64,000 nucleotides of DNA, taken from the NCBI GenBank assembly GCA_965216605.1, contig CBDCGG010000002.1, positions 239,645-303,644 on the forward strand. Direction: 5' to 3'. This document shows positions 1-6,898 of this stretch, piece after piece (position 1 is the stretch's first letter; each line of letters opens with the position of its first letter). The stretch is from Alphaproteobacteria bacterium (GTDB lineage: Bacteria; Pseudomonadota; Alphaproteobacteria; JABAAW01). Both the position numbers and the translations under genes were made by a program. The notes below the pieces were generated by a model. That model was not told where the DNA came from. It was given only the letters and a program-made list of their open reading frames with translations, and made no database searches.

Positions 1-1393
1 CCTGCTGCAAAGAAGGGGGCAAGGGCAAAACTACATCAGGATTAAGCACGCCCGCTGTCGTCAATGCAGCCTCAATATTCGGAGCCTGTAAGGCAGGAGG
101 AAAGCTACGCTGATCTAACTGCAACGCCGACAAAATGTTGCGCGTAGGCTCCGCCGATACCAACGCTTCCCGAAGTTCCAAGTTAAAAGTGTCTGTGCCT
201 ATCGTAACGCTGTCGGCAACGCCGTTAATCACATCGGGAGAAAACTCGATGGTAAAACGAAACAAATTTCTTGCCGAAACTCCGTTCGCAATAAACAAAT
301 CACGCCGCGCCAAGCCGTCCAACGCTGCTTGAAGAACTAGGGGGGGCTGTGCCGCGCCCTCGTTTCTTAGCTGCTCGACACGCGCCAAGTGAAAGGCATC
401 GTTCAACGAGTTCGTCTGAGCGTCCGCATCTGTCGGCGCAGTGCTACCCGCGACGAAAACACGCGCCAAACTCTCCAACTGGTCTTCGTATTTTGCGATC
501 AATGCGACATCCTCATCGGTGCTGAGCCGACTTGTCGCGCTCTCGCGCACCAAGTCAAACAGAGCCGTCAAGCTGCCTGGCCCCAATCTGTTCACCGCGT
601 CGTCGGCGACGACATCGGTATCAACATTCAATGTAAACTCCTTGTTGGCTCGGTCGTAACGCAACTCGTTGGTGATGCCGCCTAACAACAAAGCCCTACC
701 ATTTTGCAAGTACACATTTTTCACGCCCTTGTCGTCCTCCAACACTTGCACCGAGATTCGCTCAGCGAGCTGGCGTAAAATCTCGTCGCGCTGGTTCAAC
801 GCGCCCGCGCCTTGCCCTGTGTTGCGCGAGCGTGCCACGCGCCCGTTCGCCTCGCGCAACTGCCCGACCAACCTGTTGACCTCGGCGGTCTGCTGCTCGA
901 TCTGCTCGTCTAGGCGAAAGCGCAGGCGTTGCAAATCCTCCGCTGAGGAGTTGATCTGCAAGGCGAAATCTCGACCGCTTGCGACGAACTCGTTGTATGC
1001 GCTGCCGCTTTCGGGCGATGCTTGCAAGTCGCGCAACGCGCTCTCGAACCTGCGCAGCGCGAGATCTAACGCGGGAGATTCCAAGTCGCCCGATCCTGAA
1101 GCTACACCGCCCAATCCCGCCGCGCTCTTTAGTTCAGTGGTATAACGCTGCAGGGTGGAGCGATAGGAAGCCTCGGAAATCTGTTGGGTGTAGCGTCGCT
1201 CTAATCCCTCTGATGTGACGCGGCGCACGCGCGCGATGCGCACCAGATTTAAATCTGTCGTTGAGAAATCAATCTCGTGTCGATGATAGTTCGGATTTTC
1301 GGCGTTCGCGATATTCTGCGAGCTCAAGCGCACGGCATCGCTCAAGGTGAGGCTGGATAGAGCCGCGCTCCGCAGGGTTGCAAACAACGCCAT
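1..1393 (-). CDS. flgK: flagellar hook-associated protein 1 FlgK (3' part of gene runs off window start)
   Basis: Minus-strand frame is open from the ATG at 1393-1391 to position 1 with no stop in my hand translation of roughly the first 250 codons (no ORF-track entry, consistent with no stop inside the window). N-terminus MALFATLRSAALSSLTLSDAVRLSSQNIANAENPNYHRHEIDF carries the flagellar rod/hook N-terminal motif (NIANA..NP.Y.R). Later segment LNQRDEILRQLAERISVQVLEDDKGVKNVYLQNGRALLLG parallels the E. coli FlgK segment LDQRDQLVSELNQIVGVEV. Lies downstream of flgI/flgJ. Confidence 0.7.
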   Translation of the reverse strand, partial: MALFATLRSAALSSLTLSDAVRLSSQNIANAENPNYHRHEIDFSTTDLNLVRIARVRRVTSEGLERRYTQQISEASYRSTLQRYTTELKSAAGLGGVASGSGDLESPALDLALRRFESALRDLQASPESGSAYNEFVASGRDFALQINSSAEDLQRLRFRLDEQIEQQTAEVNRLVGQLREANGRVARSRNTGQGAGALNQRDEILRQLAERISVQVLEDDKGVKNVYLQNGRALLLGGITNELRYDRANKEFTLNVDTDVVADDAVNRLGPGSLTALFDLVRESATSRLSTDEDVALIAKYEDQLESLARVFVAGSTAPTDADAQTNSLNDAFHLARVEQLRNEGAAQPPLVLQAALDGLARRDLFIANGVSARNLFRFTIEFSPDVINGVADSVTIGTDTFNLELREALVSAEPTRNILSALQLDQRSFPPALQAPNIEAALTTAGVLNPDVVLPLPPSLQQ

Positions 1394-1404
1394 TGTATCT
1401 GCTG

Positions 1405-1923
1405 CTAGACCTCGCTCTCTTTATCTACCGAGCGCGAAAAGGATACCGATCCTGTCTCGCTCAAGCGTCCCTGCGGGGTGTATAGCTGGGGTCCCTTATT
1501 GCTTTCGGCTTGCGCCGCCTCTGATAGTGCAGCCAACAACATTTCTGACGATGCGACCGCCGCCTTCAAGCGCAATCCGTTTTGGCGCAACGCCTCCTCG
1601 AACTTAGCGTACAACGCCCGCAACCGCGCGCGTGCTGCCTGATCTAACTTTGAGACAAAACCCGACAAGTTGTCCCTGGCAGTTTTTGTATGCAACCCTT
1701 GTAGACGCAACACCTGAAGATCGTGTTGCGTCAGCAATGCCTCCTTCTGCTGCGCGATTGCGCGCAACGCGCTCAAGGGAGAACGACTGGCAACAAGCCT
1801 CGTCTCCTCGTCCACAACGATGGTCGCCTGCGATACAACGCGCGCCAAAGGAGCCAGCTCGCCAAACAGACTCAACGAGGCAATTTTCGTAGAAGCAATC
1901 TTCGTGGAAGAATCGGACGACAA
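1405..1923 (-). CDS. hypothetical protein between flgJ-like and flgK; possibly FlgN-like export chaperone
   Basis: 172-aa ORF, helical composition, C-terminal ...KGPQLYTPQGRLSETG resembles FlgN C-termini (..PTLYGADGQ..). Position between rod-binding protein and flgK matches the usual flgN location. Weak. Confidence 0.35.
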   Translation of the reverse strand: MSSDSSTKIASTKIASLSLFGELAPLARVVSQATIVVDEETRLVASRSPLSALRAIAQQKEALLTQHDLQVLRLQGLHTKTARDNLSGFVSKLDQAARARLRALYAKFEEALRQNGLRLKAAVASSEMLLAALSEAAQAESNKGPQLYTPQGRLSETGSVSFSRSVDKESEV

Positions 1924-2023
1924 AACGAGCGATTCCTCGATGGATCGCCAGACTGCTCGCCAGATTGCTTGGCAACTGGAGGAAAAACCTCTTGTTCCGC
2001 TTGTTGTTCTGGGTTGGGGTCGC

Positions 2024-2401
2024 TCATCGTGATTGCTCCTCAGGGGTGGGAAGTTGTTGGCTCGGTCTTGCTTGCGGCGTTGCTGTTGCTTCTTGCAGCG
2101 TCAGGAGCTGCTGATAGACGAGGTCGGCGATGCCGATGCCGCCGCGTTTCGCCAAGATTTCTGCGTATTGCTCGTGGAGTTGGGATGTCCAAATTTTTTC
2201 GGCATTACCGCCGCCGCCGAAGGCGTTTTCTTTGGGAGCGGGGATCATATCTTCTAGGACGGTGCGCAAGAAGAAAGCCTCGAACTTTTCTGCGGCGATT
2301 CTGGCTTGCTCCTTGTTGCTGCTCGCCTTAGGCAAATCGAGCGCAGGCGACTTTTGGGGCGTGAGCAAAGGGAGCAGATCGGGGCGAGTTGCGATATCCA
2401 T
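2024..2401 (-). CDS. flgJ: flagellar rod-binding protein (FlgJ N-terminal domain-like / CheL-like)
   Basis: 125 aa; AAEKFEAFFLRTVLEDM...ENAFGGGGNAEKIWTSQLHEQYAEILAKRGGIGIADLVYQQL matches the Rod-binding (FlgJ N-terminal) family. Immediately downstream of flgI. Confidence 0.6.
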   Translation of the reverse strand: MDIATRPDLLPLLTPQKSPALDLPKASSNKEQARIAAEKFEAFFLRTVLEDMIPAPKENAFGGGGNAEKIWTSQLHEQYAEILAKRGGIGIADLVYQQLLTLQEATATPQARPSQQLPTPEEQSR

Positions 2402-2413
2402 TTTTTTATCTCG

Positions 2414-3529
2414 CTACAGCACGACTAGGTCTGCTTTCAACGCGCCTGCGGCTTTGATTGTTTGCAAGATTTCGATGAGGTCGCGCGGTGTTGTTCCTAG
2501 TCGGTTGAGTCCCTCGACGAGTTTTCGCAAGGGAACGCTGCGCGGCAAGAGAGCGACGGTGTTTCCGTCTGCGGTTTGTTGAATGATTGCGCCTGCGTCC
2601 GCGGCACCTAAGGGGTTTTCCTCTGCTTCTGCGCTGACGCGTATGGTCAGATTTCCGTGCGCGATGGCAACCTCTTCGATGGCGACATCCGCGCCCATGA
2701 CGATGACGCCCGAATGCTCGTCGATAACGACCTTGGCGGGTTGGTCGGTGTTGACGCGCAATTGTTCGATATCGGCGATCAGCGAAACCGCGCCGCCGCG
2801 TTCCTGCGATAGAATGAACAAATCTACCGTTCCTGGATCGATGGCACGTGCGATCTCGTCGCCGACGAAACCGTTGATGGCGGCGGCGATTCTGCTGGCG
2901 GTTGTGAAATCGGGTTGTCGCAACGCCAGTTTCAAGTTTTGGCGTGCGTTCAGGTCGAAGGCGACCTCCCGCTCGATGATACCTCCATCGGCGATGCGCC
3001 CACTGGTAGAAACGCCGCGCTGGTTGCGACCTTGTCTGAGTGCGTCCTGTCGGCTGACCGCTCCGATGCCGACCCTTCCTTGAGCGACGGCATATACCTC
3101 TCCGTCTGCGCCGATGAGGGGAGTTACGAGCAGGGTTCCTCCTTGCAACGAGGTTGCATCGCCCAAGGCAGATACGGTCACATCAACGCGCGAGCCTTGT
3201 CTTGCGAAGGGAGAAATAGTTGCCGTTACCATGACGGCGGCGACATTGTCGGTGCGCAGATTGGTATCGCGTGCGTTAACGCCCAGTCTTTCGAGCATGC
3301 CGAGCAGGCTCTCGCGTGTAAAGACGGAGTCTTGCAAGGTGTCGCCCGTGCCGTTGAGTCCGGCGGCGATGCCGTATCCGACGAGCAGGTTGTCGCGCAC
3401 GCCCTCGAAATCGGTGATGTCTTTGATGCGCGATGTGCCGAAGGCTTTCTGCACCAAGACGACGCAAACGAGCGCGATCAGTGCGAGGCGGAAGATCCAA
3501 CCGAAGAAGAAGCGCAGAAGAAAAAACAT
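2414..3529 (-). CDS. flgI: flagellar P-ring protein FlgI
   Basis: Signal peptide MFFLLRFFFGWIFRLALIALVCVVLVQKAFG, then the strongly conserved FlgI core (RIKDITDFEGVRDNLLVGYGIAAGLNGTGD...GGTLLVTPL.GADGEVYAVAQG...IADGGIIEREV). Start placed at the internal Met (3529) preceding the signal peptide rather than the ORF-track start at 3607. Confidence 0.9.
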   Translation of the reverse strand: MFFLLRFFFGWIFRLALIALVCVVLVQKAFGTSRIKDITDFEGVRDNLLVGYGIAAGLNGTGDTLQDSVFTRESLLGMLERLGVNARDTNLRTDNVAAVMVTATISPFARQGSRVDVTVSALGDATSLQGGTLLVTPLIGADGEVYAVAQGRVGIGAVSRQDALRQGRNQRGVSTSGRIADGGIIEREVAFDLNARQNLKLALRQPDFTTASRIAAAINGFVGDEIARAIDPGTVDLFILSQERGGAVSLIADIEQLRVNTDQPAKVVIDEHSGVIVMGADVAIEEVAIAHGNLTIRVSAEAEENPLGAADAGAIIQQTADGNTVALLPRSVPLRKLVEGLNRLGTTPRDLIEILQTIKAAGALKADLVVL

Positions 3530-3708
3530 GAAAGACCCATCGAAGCAAAAGGAAGTATCTGCAGAGAGGGATGCAAAATATATGCCAGAGTCTGGTAAGA
3601 TAGGCAAAGGGCAGAAAAATCTTTGACAAGCGCATAAAAATCTTTAGCCTTGCGCGTAAAAAGGCAGTTCTATTTTTCCTTCTATTTTTCTTTGGCTGTT
3701 CTCTTGTT

Positions 3709-3744
3709 TTTAAGCTTAAATTTTCCCTTGCTTTTAAGCTTAAA
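3709..3744. promoter_or_regulatory. two copies of the perfect 12-bp palindrome TTTAAGCTTAAA (3709-3720 and 3733-3744) upstream of hicB; candidate operator pair
   Basis: Seen directly in sequence, 24 bp centre-to-centre, about 70-100 bp upstream of the hicB ATG. Type II antitoxins commonly autoregulate through palindromic operators. Confidence 0.4.
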
Positions 3745-3810
3745 ATCGACCACCATGCGCACGAGCCTTGTGTTTGTGGCTTTTATGCACTTCTCGTTTG
3801 GGATTTCACC

Positions 3811-4245
3811 ATGAAAATCAAAAGTTTTCCCTCCTCGTTGCCCCTCGGCGTAAGTTTGGATTCGGTTGAGATTTGGAAGAAGGGCGAGCAGTTTGTCGTC
3901 GTGATGTCTCCTCCGAAAGGAAAAAGAAGCAAAAAGCAAGCGACTCCTTTAGTTGTCTTCGATCTGAAAATGAGGGTCTACAAAGACGATAAAGACATTA
4001 TCGGAGAATGCCCTGCGTTGGATATCGTCAGCTGCGGCGACTTTGAGCAGGAAGCGCACAAAAACATTCAGGAAGCCGTCACGCTTTTCTTGGAAGATTG
4101 TGCCGAGCGTTCGACGCTCGATGCTGTTTTGGAAGATTGCGGCTTTCGAGAAATGCACAAGCCTTCTGAAGAATCTACCTCCCAATACAAGACGATGCAA
4201 GGATTGACAACGCAAAGCTTTCTAGGCTCGGTCGTTGCCGCCTAA
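3811..4245 (+). CDS. hicB: HicB-family antitoxin (RNase H-like fold)
   Basis: ...PLVVFDLKMRVYKDDKDIIGECPALDIVSCGDFEQEAHKNIQEAVTLFLED fits the HicB/UPF0150 N-terminal pattern (..Y.A.FE.DEDGGY....P..PGC.S.GDT.EEA..N..EA...HLE). 11-nt overlap with the downstream HicA ORF. Confidence 0.6.
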   Translation: MKIKSFPSSLPLGVSLDSVEIWKKGEQFVVVMSPPKGKRSKKQATPLVVFDLKMRVYKDDKDIIGECPALDIVSCGDFEQEAHKNIQEAVTLFLEDCAERSTLDAVLEDCGFREMHKPSEESTSQYKTMQGLTTQSFLGSVVAA

Positions 4246-4528
4246 GCAGCGAAAAACCTCTTCGTCAACAGACGGCAGCAAGGCATATAGTAAGTCAGGC
4301 ACTGTTCATTCGCGCGACCTCATTAGGTTCTTTGAACAGCACGGCTTCAAACAAACAAGAACAAAAGGCAGTCACGCGATACTGTCAAAACTTGGCATGC
4401 CGCGTTCCCTCCCTGTGCCTCACCCTAGGGAGCATAGAATCACAGGAAGGATCGTCAAAAACAACTTGAAAACCGCAGGCTTGACCGAAGAAGACTTGTT
4501 GCGCTTCTTGCAAAAAAAGAGCAAGTAA
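4235..4528 (+). CDS. hicA: HicA-family mRNA interferase toxin (YcfA-like); true start uncertain
   Basis: Core SRDLIRFFEQHGFKQTRTKGSHAILSKLGMPRSLPVPHPREHRITGRIVKNNLKTAGLTEEDL matches HicA (..L...GF...R..GSH........PHP.K.L..G....IL.QAGL). The first about 25 residues (K/S-rich) may be an artefact of the long ORF. Confidence 0.7.
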   Translation: MPPKQRKTSSSTDGSKAYSKSGTVHSRDLIRFFEQHGFKQTRTKGSHAILSKLGMPRSLPVPHPREHRITGRIVKNNLKTAGLTEEDLLRFLQKKSK

Positions 4529-4538
4529 CAAAAAAACA

Positions 4539-4563
4539 AGACTCGCGGAGTCTCCTTTTTTTG
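4539..4563 (+). terminator. putative rho-independent terminator after hicA
   Basis: AGACTCGCGGAGTCT hairpin followed by CCTTTTTTTG. Confidence 0.5.
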
Positions 4564-4576
4564 TAGCGGTGAAGCC

Positions 4577-5749
4577 ATGCTCTTAGATCTTCTTGAAAAC
4601 GAAAGCGCGCTTGAGGTTTTGGCGCAAGCGGTCGCGTTGCAACGCCAAGGTCGCCCTATCATCAACCTCGGTGTGGGACAGCCCGATGCTCCGACTCCCG
4701 CGCATATTTGCGATGCTGCCATCGAGGCTATCCGCCAGGGCAAGCATGGCTACACGCCTCCGCTGGGGATTCCTGAGCTGCGGGCGAGCGTCGCCGCTTA
4801 TGTAAAGACGCACTTCGGCGTGGAGGTAGAAGCCGAGCGCGTTGTCATCACCCCCGGCGGCAAGATGGCGATCTGTTGGGCGTTGCTGATCTGCGGCGGC
4901 GATGGAGCGGAGGTTCTCTACCCCGACCCCTCGTTTCCGATCTACGCCTCGATGGCGCGGGCGAGCGGTGCGAGGGGTGTTCCTGTTCCTCTGAAGGCTT
5001 CGAACGATTTCGCCATGCGCGCGAGCGACCTCCGTCCCTTGCTGAACGAGCGCAGTCGGTTGTTGATTACCAACTCGCCGCACAATCCGACGGGCAGCGT
5101 GATGCGCGCGCAGCATTGGCAGGAGATCGAGGAGCTGTTGCAAGATTTTCCTCGCCTCACATTGCTATCGGACGAGATCTACAGCGACTTCCTGTTTGAC
5201 GATGCTGAGCCTCACGCCTCTGCGTTGCACTGCGAGAGTTTGAGGGAGCGCACGATTCTTGTGCATGGTTGGTCGAAGAGTTTCGCCATGACGGGCTGGC
5301 GATTGGGATGGTCTGTGTGGCCGCGGTCGTTTGTGCCGAAGGTGTTTTCGCTTGCGGTCAATAGTTACTCGTGCCCTGCGACGCCTTTGCAAGATGCGGG
5401 CATCGCGGCGTTGGAGGGCTCGAAGGAGCCTGTCGTACGCATGCGCAAGAGTTTTGCTGAACGAGCGCGCAAGATTACGGAGGCGATGAATGCTATCGAT
5501 GGCGTTGTGTGCGTGCCGCCGCGCGGTGCTTTCTATGTCTATCCTTCGCTTGCGGGCAGAGGGCTTACGGGCAGCGTTGTGCAGAAACGATGGCTAGACG
5601 AGATCGACGTTGCCGTCGTTGCGGGCATCGGGTTCGGGCAAACGGGAGAGCATCACATTCGTCTTTCCTGCGCCGCCTCGGATGAGCAGATCGACGAAGC
5701 CTTGCGCCGTATCGGCGCGTGGTTTGCCAAAAATCCCAAGAATCTGTAG
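4577..5749 (+). CDS. PLP-dependent class I/II aminotransferase (aspartate/aromatic aminotransferase-like)
   Basis: 390 aa; N-terminal INLGVGQPD, conserved NSPHNPTG region, and PLP-lysine region HGWSKSFAMTGWRLGW. Confidence 0.85.
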   Translation: MLLDLLENESALEVLAQAVALQRQGRPIINLGVGQPDAPTPAHICDAAIEAIRQGKHGYTPPLGIPELRASVAAYVKTHFGVEVEAERVVITPGGKMAICWALLICGGDGAEVLYPDPSFPIYASMARASGARGVPVPLKASNDFAMRASDLRPLLNERSRLLITNSPHNPTGSVMRAQHWQEIEELLQDFPRLTLLSDEIYSDFLFDDAEPHASALHCESLRERTILVHGWSKSFAMTGWRLGWSVWPRSFVPKVFSLAVNSYSCPATPLQDAGIAALEGSKEPVVRMRKSFAERARKITEAMNAIDGVVCVPPRGAFYVYPSLAGRGLTGSVVQKRWLDEIDVAVVAGIGFGQTGEHHIRLSCAASDEQIDEALRRIGAWFAKNPKNL

Positions 5750-6018
5750 CCGAGAAGCCTTTTGCCCACCCCCCTAACGACGACAACTGAACGAGCCGTC
5801 CTGCTTGCCTGCCTAGAATGGCAGCTAGAGGCGGGATGCGACAGCTGGCTTGCCCGCGATAGCGCACAGGCACGAGAAGAGAGACAAGGATGGCAACAAG
5901 CGGACAGCCTTGTTCGCAACCTGCTGGATTCGCTCTCTGGGCAAACTTCCTCGACCGAAAGCTCCTCTGCGAAAAAACTCGCAACAAAGCGCGCGACGAG
6001 GTCTGAGGGCGTTGTGTT

Positions 6019-6705
6019 GTGTCGCAAGGTGTGTCAAATGTTTTTCCCGCAGCAGAGCAACGGAGGTCGCCATCGCTATCGCCATCACCGATTCTCGCTC
6101 CTGCCGAGGCTGTGGTGGAGGCACGCAAGGTTGCCGAGGGGTGTCGGACGCTCGAAGAGCTCGAGCTTGCGGTGCGAGCCTTCGCTCTCTGTTCGTTGAA
6201 AGAGGGCGCGCGCAACACGGTCTTCGCCGAGGGCAATCCCAACGCCGAGCTAGTCGTCGTCGGCGAAGCGCCGGGGCGCGAGGAAGACGAACAGGGAAAA
6301 CCCTTCGTAGGCGAGAGCGGACAACTGCTTTCGCGCATGCTCCATGCGATCGGCATCGCTAGCCGCGAGCAATACCGCGTTACCAATTTGGTCTATTGGC
6401 GCCCACCGGGCAATCGTCAGCCGAGCTTGGACGAGATCGCCGTCTGCTACCCCTTCTTTCTGCGTCACATGGCGCTTGTGAAACCGCGTTGGCTTTTGTT
6501 GCTGGGCAATGTTGCGATGCAAAATGTTCTCTCTGAGCGAAGGGGGATCACGAAGCTACGCGGACAATTATTTCCGATCACGCTGGGGGCAACGCCTGTT
6601 GTGGCATTGCCCTCCTTTCATCCCTCCTACCTGCTGCGCACGCCCGTAAAGAAGGCGGCGGCGTGGCACGATCTACTAATGTTGCGACGCGCTATGAATA
6701 AATGA
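6019..6705 (+). CDS. uracil-DNA glycosylase family 4 catalytic core (likely the 3' part of a frameshifted longer gene starting about 5762)
   Basis: RNTVFAEGNPNAELVVVGEAPGREEDEQGKPFVGESGQLLSRML...VYWRPPGNRQP...LPSFHPSYLLR are the family-4 UDG signature blocks. The ORF 5762-6199 in another frame encodes an LL.W..EAG.D-type N-terminal segment typical of alphaproteobacterial family-4 UDGs, so a frameshift is inferred near 5950-6020. Confidence 0.75.
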   Translation: MSQGVSNVFPAAEQRRSPSLSPSPILAPAEAVVEARKVAEGCRTLEELELAVRAFALCSLKEGARNTVFAEGNPNAELVVVGEAPGREEDEQGKPFVGESGQLLSRMLHAIGIASREQYRVTNLVYWRPPGNRQPSLDEIAVCYPFFLRHMALVKPRWLLLLGNVAMQNVLSERRGITKLRGQLFPITLGATPVVALPSFHPSYLLRTPVKKAAAWHDLLMLRRAMNK

Positions 6706-6773
6706 TTTTGGAATAAGTGATTTTGGAATAAATGATTTTGGAATAAGTTATTTTGGAATAAGTGATTTTGGCA
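6701..6773. repeat. AT-rich 15-bp tandem repeat (aaNtgattttggaata), about 4.8 copies, between udg stop and thrC start
   Basis: Seen directly: aatgattttggaata / agtgattttggaata / aatgattttggaata / agttattttggaata / agtgattttgg. Confidence 0.9.
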
Positions 6774-6898
6774 GGTTGCATCGCACCCTAGAAAAGAGTA
6801 GAATGGTGCGAAGAAATAATATAAGCATGATACCTGATGGGGGGATTTATCCCCGACATGATCCACGACAAACACAACAACACGAGCGAGTTTGCAGC

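Noticed and set aside
3682-3939. 85-aa minus-strand ORF overlapping the hicB start and promoter
   Set aside because: Overlaps the palindromic operator region and the hicB 5' end; K-rich low-complexity product; likely spurious.
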